DNA of 64,000 nucleotides, from positions 32,001-96,000 of the IMG/VR virus record IMGVR_UViG_3300022923_000005; one strand, written 5' to 3'. The position numbers and the translations under genes were made by a program. Shown in pieces: positions 18,132-27,762 of this stretch. Within the stretch, counting starts at the first letter, position 1. Every line of letters begins with the position of its first letter. Source of the DNA: a virus (taxonomy: Duplodnaviria > Caudoviricetes). The notes below the pieces were generated by a model that was not told where the DNA came from, searched no databases, and worked only from the letters and a program-made list of their open reading frames with translations.

Positions 18132-19585
18132 TGGATTTTTTCTATGACGGACAGATAAGAAGATATGTCACTCAGTTTATGCGTATCTTTATCGGCTTTA
18201 AGTATGAAGCAGGTGATGGTAAGCAACAAACTGTACCAGTGATGTATGGTGATCTTACACGTCAAGTAGCAAACATTATCAGAGAAAATTCTGAAAACAA
18301 AATGCCTACAGTTCCACGTATGGCTTGTTACGTAACAGGATTACAAACAGATCCAACTAGACTTTCTGATCCTACATTTACAAGTAAAGTAAACATAAGA
18401 GAACGTAGGTATACTGAACAAGACGATGGCACAAGAACATATACAGGCGAACAAGGTAAGAATGTAACTGTAGAAAGACTTATGCCAACACCGTATTCTT
18501 TATCTATGAAAGCAGATATATGGACAAGTAATACAGATCAAAAATTACAATTGCTAGAACAGATACTAGTGTTGTTTAATCCTGCTCTAGAAATACAAAC
18601 AACAGATAATTATGTTGACTGGACAAGTTTAAGTGTTGTATATTTAGATAGTACAAACTTTAGTTCAAGATCAATTCCTGCAGGTACAGAATCAGATATT
18701 GATATTTGTAGTTTAGATTTTACAATTCCAATTTGGATTTCTCCACCAGTTAAAGTAAAAAAACTAGGTGTTATTAGAAGTATTATTGCAAACATATTTA
18801 CTGAAGATGGTGATGTTAAAAACATTAGTTCGCTTGTTTATAACGGTGACGGTAGTAATACAGTTTATGTCAATCCAAGATTTCCTGTATTACTGTTTAA
18901 GGCTAATAACAATCAACCATACGATTACGAACTAACAATTATTGATCCATATGCAGCAATTGAAAGCGTAGGTCTTGGCGAAAAAGAATCTGTTGCTAAT
19001 AATAAACAGTATGATTGGAATGCCATACTTACACGTTTAGGTAATTTCAATGCAAACAGTGTAATTTATTTTAGACAACCTAATGGAACAGAAATGGCAG
19101 GCACATTTGCAATTCATCCAACAGACCCTAAAATATTATTAGTTACATTTGACCAAGATACTATTCCGTCTAATACAATTATAGAAGGAACTAGAGCAGC
19201 AGCACAAAGCACAAGTATTGATGCTATTGTTAATCCAACTACATTTAATCCTATTGACAAATGGAATGGCTTAGCAAATATACCTGTTGGCACTAGATAT
19301 CTTTTATTAGAAAGTGTAGGCGACCCAGACAGTGTAAGTCCAGATGCTTGGAAGGGCACTGACGGTTCAACACAAACATCGTATCAATTGTTACAAAATA
19401 ACATTGTAGAATGGGACGGTTCTAGTTGGAACACAGTATTTGACACTGCAAAAGCAGCAGATACAACATATGTAACAAACATTAGAACAGGTATTCAATA
19501 TAAATGGGATGGCATACAGTGGTTAAAATCATTTGAAGGCGAATATTCACCAGGATATTGGAGACTTGATCCAGACCCTGCATAA
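18131..19585 (+). CDS. gp15: Tail sheath stabiliser/terminator gp15, C-terminally extended
   Basis: FFYD.QIRRY...F, VPV.YG, PRM, P.PY and QLLEQIL..FNP motifs. Confidence 0.85.
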   Translation: MDFFYDGQIRRYVTQFMRIFIGFKYEAGDGKQQTVPVMYGDLTRQVANIIRENSENKMPTVPRMACYVTGLQTDPTRLSDPTFTSKVNIRERRYTEQDDGTRTYTGEQGKNVTVERLMPTPYSLSMKADIWTSNTDQKLQLLEQILVLFNPALEIQTTDNYVDWTSLSVVYLDSTNFSSRSIPAGTESDIDICSLDFTIPIWISPPVKVKKLGVIRSIIANIFTEDGDVKNISSLVYNGDGSNTVYVNPRFPVLLFKANNNQPYDYELTIIDPYAAIESVGLGEKESVANNKQYDWNAILTRLGNFNANSVIYFRQPNGTEMAGTFAIHPTDPKILLVTFDQDTIPSNTIIEGTRAAAQSTSIDAIVNPTTFNPIDKWNGLANIPVGTRYLLLESVGDPDSVSPDAWKGTDGSTQTSYQLLQNNIVEWDGSSWNTVFDTAKAADTTYVTNIRTGIQYKWDGIQWLKSFEGEYSPGYWRLDPDPA

Positions 19586-19593
19586 TTAATAGT

Positions 19594-19974
19594 ATGCAAA
19601 AACGTGCCGGACTTTTATTTTTATCTAAAGTAGAAAAAAGAATACTGCTTATTCTTGAGAAAGAAAAGTGGACTGTACCTACATTTGCAAGAAATAAATC
19701 ATTGTTTGAAGATAGTAAACAAGCGATGGTAGATTTTTCAGAAGGCAAAATTTTACCTATTGAACTTTATCTATCAAGAGATAAAGGTTTTGAATATAGC
19801 ACATATATTTGTTTAGTAGATAATGAATTTATGCCAACTGTTGTAGACACTTTTTGCTGGGCAACACTAGAACACTTGCCCAAAAATATACATAATGGTC
19901 TGAGAAATACTTTAAATAATAATTTAATTAGGACCAAAATAGAAACCGTATTGGAGTTAGAAAATGCTTCTTAA
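19594..19974 (+). CDS. Hypothetical protein, degenerate Nudix-like fold possible
   Basis: AGLLF....RILL and F.Y.TY...V..EF.P....W...LP..IH.GL pattern, but no Nudix box. Confidence 0.55.
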   Translation: MQKRAGLLFLSKVEKRILLILEKEKWTVPTFARNKSLFEDSKQAMVDFSEGKILPIELYLSRDKGFEYSTYICLVDNEFMPTVVDTFCWATLEHLPKNIHNGLRNTLNNNLIRTKIETVLELENAS

Positions 19975-20224
19975 AGAGAATCCGAGATATTTGCAAGAGA
20001 AAAAAATGTTTCAAGATAGAATTAATAATATGCCTGACGGTGAAGCAAAATTAAGGTCGACAAATTTGTTAAGACAACTAGAGGGCGAAGTACAAGAATT
20101 AGATAGATGGCACGAGCAACTACTAATGAATTCTGAAACTGCTAAAAAGTTTAATCAAGATGATACAAGAGATATTATTTCTAGTATTAGAAAACAAATT
20201 GATGATTTAACTAAAAACTTCTAA
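19964..20224 (+). CDS. Hypothetical helical protein
   Basis: 86-aa ORF with SD GGAG. Confidence 0.6.
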   Translation: MLLKENPRYLQEKKMFQDRINNMPDGEAKLRSTNLLRQLEGEVQELDRWHEQLLMNSETAKKFNQDDTRDIISSIRKQIDDLTKNF

Positions 20225-21087
20225 AGCGAAGCAATATCTTTAATAAACAAACTTCCAACCATTGCAGCGTGGCTTGTACACTGATATCTGTATCCGCCTG
20301 ATATACTAGAAGGAATCTTAAAGTATAATGTTCCGCTTGTTTGTGCATTAGCACTTGTACCTGTAGTAACTACTCCACTTGTTGAAACGTGTACTAAACC
20401 AGCACCTGTATATGGATTACCAATCGGGTCTTGAATTTGGAAAGGATGTGATGAACCTTGTTGTAAATCAAATGCAATTGTTGTTCCGTTAATACAATAA
20501 ACAGTTGGATTGTCACTAGCACCATATTGATCAAATCTATATGACGAATTACCGCTGTTAGTAACAACCAATCTAGTAATTGCAGGTAAGTAGATTGAAC
20601 CTAAATTTAAACTTGCACTTTGTACATCTGTTAGTGTACCAAAAGTAGGTGCTCCAGCAGTTGATGTAATTGTAACACTGTCTGTACCATTTGTTGAAAG
20701 TGAAATACCTGACCCAGCAACTAAATTTAATGTATCAGTAACTGCATCTGCTGCAACTGTAGTTGAGCCTGATACTGCAATATTACTGAATGCATTCTGG
20801 TTAACATCACCGCCGCCACCACCTGCTTGGCCGTTAATGGTTACACTTTTTCCTGCTGCATCTGTAGTGATAACAATGTTAGAACCTGCAACAACTGTAA
20901 GAGTATCTTGTCCTGATCCTGCTACAACATCGTCTTGTCCTGCTACTGCAACTGTCTTAAAAGTGTTCGGAGTAACATTGGCTGTACTTGTAACTAAGTT
21001 CCAAGATGTACCATTCCATTGCCACGATGTATCGCCGTCAGTAAACGTATCGTCTAACGCTGGTGTGTTTGGAAAGTTTATAGCCAT
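20221..21087 (-). CDS. Virion structural/fibre protein with a C-terminal cupredoxin-like domain
   Basis: MAINFP..P N-terminal module; repeated F..(I/V)AV.G / DTL..VAG units; SHPFQI...YQCTSHAAM. Confidence 0.7.
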   Translation of the reverse strand: MAINFPNTPALDDTFTDGDTSWQWNGTSWNLVTSTANVTPNTFKTVAVAGQDDVVAGSGQDTLTVVAGSNIVITTDAAGKSVTINGQAGGGGGDVNQNAFSNIAVSGSTTVAADAVTDTLNLVAGSGISLSTNGTDSVTITSTAGAPTFGTLTDVQSASLNLGSIYLPAITRLVVTNSGNSSYRFDQYGASDNPTVYCINGTTIAFDLQQGSSHPFQIQDPIGNPYTGAGLVHVSTSGVVTTGTSANAQTSGTLYFKIPSSISGGYRYQCTSHAAMVGSLFIKDIASL

Positions 21088-21108
21088 ATAATATTACCTC
21101 GTATGTAT

Positions 21109-24100
21109 TTATGTGTTTACTGTAATTGTGTTATTCATACCACCGTGTATGCTACACTGATAATAGTATGTTCCTGTACTAGCAATAGTCCAATTTAATT
21201 GGCTTGTTCCTTGTCCTGAAACATCTGCTACTTGATTACCTAGTCCAGCACCTTGTGTAGTTTTTATATAGAATGGGTGTCCACTAGCAGTATCAGAATT
21301 AACTACAAACTGTACTTTATCTCCTGTATTAAATGTTAAAGCAGGCTGCGATGCACTTGCAAAAGATCCGCTTCTATCAGTACCGCTTAACAAATAATTG
21401 TTTCCGCTATTCTCTACTGTAATTGTGTAATCAGGAACAAATGTAACTGATGTATCTACAATATTAATATTGACACTTAATGCACCTGTTGAAGTTCCAT
21501 TACTATCAGTAGCACCTAGTGTAAATGTAAGTGTTTCAGCACCTTCAGTTGTAGTATCTTCTTTTAGTGTCACTGCAAGACTAGCACTGTTGGCAGTCAT
21601 TGTCAAATTACCACTTAATGGAGTATCTGTGTCTCCTGGATTTGAAATACCTGTAATAGTATATGGTACTGTTGTGTTTTCCGGAATATTAGTACCTTGT
21701 AGAGTAAATGTTACAGTTTCGCCTTCATTTATTGAACCATTGCCTGAGTCATTAAGTAGGTTAGTGTAAACAGGAGTTCTACTAGTATCTTGAATATTAA
21801 TTGTATGAGTATCCTCTCCGTTATCCAAACTTACAAGCATAACCTCTGTACCTTCTGTACTTAAATCTGCTGCAAGTGTCCAACTTACTTGTGCTGTATT
21901 GTTGTTTACTGTAAAATTACCAAGTGTTGTACCGCTCGTAAAGTCACTAGCAATGGCGCCTGTAACGCTGTATGCGACCTCTGTAGCGTCATCTACGTTA
22001 GTAGTAGTCAAAGTTACTGTAATTGTATCGCCTTCGTTTGCGCTTGTAGGACCAGATAGTGTATATGTTGGGTCTGGTGTTGGCGGAGTGATGCTTGTAT
22101 CATTTACTGTAACATCGTGGAAGTCTTCACCATTATCCAAACTTAGTCTAATTGTTTCAGCACCTTCTGTTGTGCTGTCTTCTGCAAACGTAACTGCTAA
22201 AGTATCAGTATTATTAGTAATTGTAAAGTTACCAGTCAAAGAAGCCGGAGTATCTGATACATATCCCGATGCTCCTGCAACTGTCGGATCGCCTGTGTCA
22301 CCGTCTTGGAATATATTTCTAATTGTTGTCAACGAAGGCTTACTAATAACAGGAGCAATATATGTATTATGTAATGCGTAACCTAATGGGTTATTTGTTT
22401 GTATACCAGACGGTGTACGCATATCGTCTGTCCATTCAGGAGCAAGGCTTCCACCATCCCATAGACTCGAGTATTCAAACATACCAAAGTTTAGTAGGAA
22501 CAAATATTCCTTAGCCGCTACTTCAAATGCATCTCCATCAGTCTTCCAAGCGTTTCCGCCATATCCTGATGAATCCCATTTGCCTGCATCGTATGCTTCT
22601 TCCATAGCCTCATATAGTGGACCACTTGCCCAGTCTGTACTAATATATGGATACATCTTTAATGATACTGCGTCAAGACCGTGCATATGTAATGTATGAA
22701 ATACGTGTTCAATTACTTCTTGTGCATCATTGTCGCCGTCTCCAGGGGCATCACCAGTTGAGTTTAGATACCAAACCATATCGTTGGCAACGTGACTATC
22801 AAATAGTGGTGACAAGTTATAAGAAGCAATACCTGCATCAGTTAAGAAGTTTGGTGTGTAATCAGCACCAGCACCTCTTGCTACTCGTTGTAACGTTGGG
22901 CCAACTGCTGCGTGATAAGTTCCTGCGTCACCACTTAGCGTTTTAATAAATGTACGCTGTGATGTTTCGTTAATGCCTGCACCATTTGGATCTGTAAACA
23001 ATTCAAACATACGTGCTACCTTTTCAACAAAGGCATCAGGCACTGCTGTTTGGCCGCCGACAGTTCCTGCCGCCACAATTCTTACACCATTAACTGTAAC
23101 TTCTCTACTAAAGAAATCGCTACCATCGCCAGTAAGATCAATAATTGCACCGTTGTTGTATTGTGCATCTATATTGTAACCACCTATATCTGCAAGAGTA
23201 ACTCCTGTAATCGTGTAAGGAATAAGCGTTCCATCTGGTATTTGTGTAGTTGTTAATGTAAATGTAACTGTGTCGCCTTCGTTTACATTTGGTACATCTG
23301 AACTTAGTGTATAAGTTGCTGCTGGAGGTGTAACACTTGTATCATTAATTGTTACTGCCTGAGACGCTTGACCGTTAAGCAATGATAAAGTTAATGTTTC
23401 TGCACCTTCAGTTGTAAGATCGTTTGCAAGTGTAAATGCTGCTGTTGCAGTATTACTTGTAACAGTGAATACTCCTGATAGTGATCCGCTGCTTAAATCA
23501 CTTGACTGTATTCCACTTACAGCATAAGAAACTGTAACTCCGTCACCTAATCCTGTTGTTGTTAAAGTAAATGTAACTGTGCCGCCTTCATCTACATTTG
23601 TTACATCTGCTGCCAATGCGTAAGTAGCACTTGATGCTCCTGTTGTCATTGCAAATCCTGCAAATGATAAAGGTTGTTGACTGTATTTACTGTACAACAT
23701 TCTGTTAGGTGTACCCATTAAACTATTTTGATAAGAATCATAATCTGTGTCTTGTCCAGTTGTGTAAACTGTATCAATTTTTGCATCTGCATTTATTCTT
23801 GTTTGCATTTGTGCTGGCGTAATTGTTGGAAACAATTCTAAATGTTGTGCAATTACACCTGCTACTTGAGGTGCTGCCATACTAGTTCCGCCAATTGCTG
23901 TAATTTTAAAACTTGTATTTTCTGGGTAATCAAAATCTGAAAATCTATTAGTTGTACTTGTTGCAGCCATAATTTCTTGACCTGGTGCTAACATATTAAT
24001 TGCAGGTCCACGCGAACTTGAATCTGTAATAATATCTGTACCAGTTGGGCCAATTAATTCTTCAGTATGATAATCTATATTACCTACAATGTAGGTACCT

Positions 24101-25254
24101 GCATCATCACTATGTGGAGAACTTCCTCTATGATAATTGTATGTTGTGCCACTAAACACAACAGTATTATCGTAATCGTCTCCAGTAGGTATGTCGTGTT
24201 TGAATACATTGTTACCTGCTGCAATTGTTACGTGGATTCCTGCTGCAATCATATCATCTATTTCAGCATCAACTGATGCAACGCGAACTGGCATAATTGT
24301 AAATGTTGTACCAGTGCCAAATATTTTGTCTACTACGCCTGTTGAACTCCATAAGCCTGATCTTGAATCATATCCTGATTGGAATTCACCTGGATTCCAA
24401 ACCCAAGCATTGCCTCTATAGTTTCCACTTGAAGGGTCTGCTGTTAAGTTTGCACTATATCCCCAACTCATATTTACAACTGTTGGTCTTCCTGTATACG
24501 CAGCATCGTTTGGATCATTCTTTGCATTGTGCCATAATCTAATTGCATCAAATGCATTACCTATTGAAATGCCGTTGCCTGGATCTGTAGTTCCTTCTAG
24601 TCCTGCTAATTTTTGTGCATAAATGTGTGCTGCTTTTGCCCAACCATATTTTAAACCTGCGGCAATACTTGCACAATGCGTACCGTGTCCGTCATAGTCT
24701 TCGTAAAAGTTTGCATCTTGTGTTCCTGTTATTCCACTTGCAGTATACCAATTAAGTTGTTGTACTCTTGTAACACCATTTCTATCAAAAAAATCTGGAT
24801 GGTCTGCTTGAATACCGCTATCTTGTATTACAACATCAACACCTCTACCGCCTATACCAGTTGTGTAATCTACTGACGGTGCAACATTGTTTGCATATAT
24901 AGAATTAGATGCACTTATACATCTAACTAAACCCCAATTAATATCTGTGTTTGCGTGTACAGTTGTTCTTCTAAAATTTGAACCACCTTGTGTTAGGTTA
25001 TGTCCAATTTGTATATCTGTTCTTTCACCTACTGGTATTTCTACAGACAACACACGATCGTCTTTCATTAGTTCAGTTGCTTCATCAGCAGTAAGCATAA
25101 AGTGAGTCATTCTTGTTGACCCAATTCTTGCATCTGCAACTGGAACTGATCTGTTTGGAATAGGACCTGAACCGGAACTTGCTGTTAGTTCTGTTTCTAG
25201 TTCTGCTAAGTTAACACCTTTGTTAACGACTACTACGTATTCTCTTTCACTCAT
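21109..25254 (-). CDS. Multidomain subtilisin-like (S8) protease with Ig/Calx-like repeats, an inserted domain and a C-terminal cupredoxin-like domain
   Basis: Catalytic motifs VVIQDSG, GHGTHCAS, AAGN and GTSMAAP; four xEG.TVTFTL...TEG.E repeats; GHPFYI...YQCSIHGGM. Confidence 0.88.
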   Translation of the reverse strand: MSEREYVVVVNKGVNLAELETELTASSGSGPIPNRSVPVADARIGSTRMTHFMLTADEATELMKDDRVLSVEIPVGERTDIQIGHNLTQGGSNFRRTTVHANTDINWGLVRCISASNSIYANNVAPSVDYTTGIGGRGVDVVIQDSGIQADHPDFFDRNGVTRVQQLNWYTASGITGTQDANFYEDYDGHGTHCASIAAGLKYGWAKAAHIYAQKLAGLEGTTDPGNGISIGNAFDAIRLWHNAKNDPNDAAYTGRPTVVNMSWGYSANLTADPSSGNYRGNAWVWNPGEFQSGYDSRSGLWSSTGVVDKIFGTGTTFTIMPVRVASVDAEIDDMIAAGIHVTIAAGNNVFKHDIPTGDDYDNTVVFSGTTYNYHRGSSPHSDDAGTYIVGNIDYHTEELIGPTGTDIITDSSSRGPAINMLAPGQEIMAATSTTNRFSDFDYPENTSFKITAIGGTSMAAPQVAGVIAQHLELFPTITPAQMQTRINADAKIDTVYTTGQDTDYDSYQNSLMGTPNRMLYSKYSQQPLSFAGFAMTTGASSATYALAADVTNVDEGGTVTFTLTTTGLGDGVTVSYAVSGIQSSDLSSGSLSGVFTVTSNTATAAFTLANDLTTEGAETLTLSLLNGQASQAVTINDTSVTPPAATYTLSSDVPNVNEGDTVTFTLTTTQIPDGTLIPYTITGVTLADIGGYNIDAQYNNGAIIDLTGDGSDFFSREVTVNGVRIVAAGTVGGQTAVPDAFVEKVARMFELFTDPNGAGINETSQRTFIKTLSGDAGTYHAAVGPTLQRVARGAGADYTPNFLTDAGIASYNLSPLFDSHVANDMVWYLNSTGDAPGDGDNDAQEVIEHVFHTLHMHGLDAVSLKMYPYISTDWASGPLYEAMEEAYDAGKWDSSGYGGNAWKTDGDAFEVAAKEYLFLLNFGMFEYSSLWDGGSLAPEWTDDMRTPSGIQTNNPLGYALHNTYIAPVISKPSLTTIRNIFQDGDTGDPTVAGASGYVSDTPASLTGNFTITNNTDTLAVTFAEDSTTEGAETIRLSLDNGEDFHDVTVNDTSITPPTPDPTYTLSGPTSANEGDTITVTLTTTNVDDATEVAYSVTGAIASDFTSGTTLGNFTVNNNTAQVSWTLAADLSTEGTEVMLVSLDNGEDTHTINIQDTSRTPVYTNLLNDSGNGSINEGETVTFTLQGTNIPENTTVPYTITGISNPGDTDTPLSGNLTMTANSASLAVTLKEDTTTEGAETLTFTLGATDSNGTSTGALSVNINIVDTSVTFVPDYTITVENSGNNYLLSGTDRSGSFASASQPALTFNTGDKVQFVVNSDTASGHPFYIKTTQGAGLGNQVADVSGQGTSQLNWTIASTGTYYYQCSIHGGMNNTITVNT

Positions 25255-26348
25255 TATGCTGCCGCGCCAGTGTCTAATTCAATCCAACCACCATTTTGAT
25301 AAGCCTCTATCTTATTGGAAGTTGTATTATAAATCATATCACCGTTCACAGCAGTTAAACCATTACGTGCAGTATCATCCATCGATGGTAGTCTTACAGG
25401 TCCACCTGTAAATCTTGCACCATCTACAGTAGTAATTGTTACTGCTGATGTACTGTTAATTTCAGTTGCACCAATACCAGTGTCACTAAATGTAGAAGTA
25501 TTCAATCCGCCGACGGTAATTGTGTTTGTAGTAATTGCGCCTCTACCAGTAATTGTATCAAGTGTATCAGACTCTGTTGTAAGATACCCAACACCCGAAT
25601 GATCGCCCCAACCAAATGCTGTGTCCCAATTACTAGCATTTGCTGTAGCAGTATTAAGTGCTGTGGTAGTTGCGTATGTTGTTAATTCTGATTTGTTTGC
25701 AAGTTCAACCCATCCGCCTGCGTGAGCAAAATACATTCCTCCGTCTGCGTGGCTGTGTGCAATTGCTCCGTGATATGTAGTTGCATCTGGAAAGTCAGTT
25801 GTAGTTGGATAATAAAATCTTAATCCGTGTGCGTCTACTGTAGGAGCATCAATAGCACCTGTAATAGTTGCTCCTGTTTTAGGAACAGCATCTGTAATAC
25901 CATAACCGCCTAATGTTGTAGGCTTATCTTGTAAATCTCCCCAACTGGATACACCTCCGCCACCACCTGTTGATGCTGGTACTGCTGGTTGAATCCACTG
26001 GGCACTGTTTCCGTCATTTACATATACATACAATCTTGCAGTTGAACTATCAAACCAAATTGTGCCTTCATCAGGACTACTTGGAGCACTATCGCCTACT
26101 TCAATACTGCCGCTTCCGCCGCCGCCTACGCCTGCCGCTAGTGCTTTTGCAGCAAATACTGCGTTAGTTACATTTGATAAATCTTCTTTTACAAGTTCAG
26201 TACCGCCTATAGTTTGTGCATCGTACAAGCGTAAAGTTTTTTTATCGTTATCGTAAAAAATCTCACCACGTAAACCCAATTTTCTATCAAGAAAATCGGT
26301 ATCTCTTGGTACTACTCTTAAGTTATTAATAATTGGTAATCTTGCCAT
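25254..26348 (-). CDS. Fibre-like virion protein
   Basis: GEIFYD, G.IWFDS, W.D..DKPTTLGGYGITD, A.GWGDH, ESDTLD.IT.RG and GDMIYNTT fibre modules. Confidence 0.7.
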   Translation of the reverse strand: MARLPIINNLRVVPRDTDFLDRKLGLRGEIFYDNDKKTLRLYDAQTIGGTELVKEDLSNVTNAVFAAKALAAGVGGGGSGSIEVGDSAPSSPDEGTIWFDSSTARLYVYVNDGNSAQWIQPAVPASTGGGGGVSSWGDLQDKPTTLGGYGITDAVPKTGATITGAIDAPTVDAHGLRFYYPTTTDFPDATTYHGAIAHSHADGGMYFAHAGGWVELANKSELTTYATTTALNTATANASNWDTAFGWGDHSGVGYLTTESDTLDTITGRGAITTNTITVGGLNTSTFSDTGIGATEINSTSAVTITTVDGARFTGGPVRLPSMDDTARNGLTAVNGDMIYNTTSNKIEAYQNGGWIELDTGAAA

Positions 26349-26435
26349 ATTTTTCTCTGATCCAAACTTGTTGTATAGTATTTATCCGACTGCCAAGATA
26401 ACGTGTCTATGTAAAAAAGCACCATAAATAGTTTT

Positions 26436-27029
26436 ATGGAACATATAACAGTTGAAAATGCACTTCCTAGAGCCTATCAAGACGAAGTAGAAAGACTTAT
26501 GTATGGTATGGATTTTCCGTGGTTTGCTAATCACGAGCATTATTACAATAGCAATACATATAGTTTGGGTTTTACACATCTTGCACTAAATGACGGTCCT
26601 GATTTACCAAAAGGAACTACTGCAAGTAATCATTTACAATCACTACTTCCTATTTGGTACACAATGGGTGATGCTTTAGGACAAGAATTAGTAAAATTAC
26701 TTAGACTGCGTTGCGGTTTGCTTGTGCCAAGCAATACTAGTAAAGAGATGGTAACAAATGCTGATGCAGTTGATGGAGGCGATGAGCCACATTTAGATTT
26801 TTTATGTCCTCATTGGACAGGATTATATTATGTAAACGACAGCGATGGCGATACTGTTGTTTATGATCAAACAAAACCATCTGATCACTATACAATATTA
26901 ACAACATCAACACCTAAAAAAGGAAAGATGTTTATTTTTAACGGTAAACATTATCATTCAAGTAGTAAACCTACAGATGCATATTCAAGATGTGTACTTA
27001 CTTTTAATTTTACAACTACTGAAATGTAA
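26436..27029 (+). CDS. Fe(II)/2OG oxygenase-like protein (HxD type)
   Basis: PHLD...LYYVNDSDGDT...F.G..YHSSS.P....R motifs. Confidence 0.8.
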   Translation: MEHITVENALPRAYQDEVERLMYGMDFPWFANHEHYYNSNTYSLGFTHLALNDGPDLPKGTTASNHLQSLLPIWYTMGDALGQELVKLLRLRCGLLVPSNTSKEMVTNADAVDGGDEPHLDFLCPHWTGLYYVNDSDGDTVVYDQTKPSDHYTILTTSTPKKGKMFIFNGKHYHSSSKPTDAYSRCVLTFNFTTTEM

Positions 27030-27033
27030 AAAT

Positions 27034-27762
27034 ATGATTAATTGGCTTAAAAACAAATTTAAAAAGAAACAACCATTAGTAACCTGTTACACAACTGTAA
27101 GAGGATTAGAAGAAATCTATCCTCCTAGAGTTGCAACCGCAGCGATACCAGATTGGTTTAAGAAAATGCCTAAAGAAATAATGGAACAATGGAGCGGACA
27201 TCCTGGCACAGCAAAAAAATGTCCTGCATTTATTGATTATTATAAGTCGGGCGTTGTTTTATATTTGTGGTGCGACTTATGGGTAAAAATAAATGAAGAT
27301 ACAACGTGGGAAGTAAAGACTCCTGAAAAACTTTTTAGTTTTACAAATCATTTAGATAATCAATTTTTAGACCATTTAGATAACCGCGAATATGCAATGG
27401 TGCTTAAAGCAAATAGTCCTTGGAGAATGGTAACACCTAAAGGATATGATTTAATGCAATTGCCTTTACACTATCACTTTGATAAAAGATTTGAAGTATT
27501 GCCTGGTGTAATGAGTGCTGATATACATTATGAAGTCAACCCACAAATGGCATTTAAAGAGTATGGCGAATATATGATTCCAAGAGGTACACCATTAGCA
27601 ATGTACGTGCCAATTAAAAGAGAAAAAATGACACTTGAAGTTCGTGAGATGGACGATGAGATGAAACGTTTAGAAGAAAAACAATACTATTGGTTTTCAG
27701 GCAAGTTCAGTGGTGGATACAAAGAGCATCAAACTATCATTAAAAAGCAAGAAAAGAAATGA
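27034..27762 (+). CDS. Hypothetical beta-rich protein, paralogue of the next gene (start revised to 27034)
   Basis: IPDWFK, TAK.CP, PW...TPKG, LPG and RGTPL motifs shared with 27759..28490. Confidence 0.7.
   Translation: MINWLKNKFKKKQPLVTCYTTVRGLEEIYPPRVATAAIPDWFKKMPKEIMEQWSGHPGTAKKCPAFIDYYKSGVVLYLWCDLWVKINEDTTWEVKTPEKLFSFTNHLDNQFLDHLDNREYAMVLKANSPWRMVTPKGYDLMQLPLHYHFDKRFEVLPGVMSADIHYEVNPQMAFKEYGEYMIPRGTPLAMYVPIKREKMTLEVREMDDEMKRLEEKQYYWFSGKFSGGYKEHQTIIKKQEKK

Noticed and set aside
19594-19974. Active Nudix hydrolase
   Set aside because: The GX5EX7REUXEE box is absent; only the flanking pattern is reminiscent.
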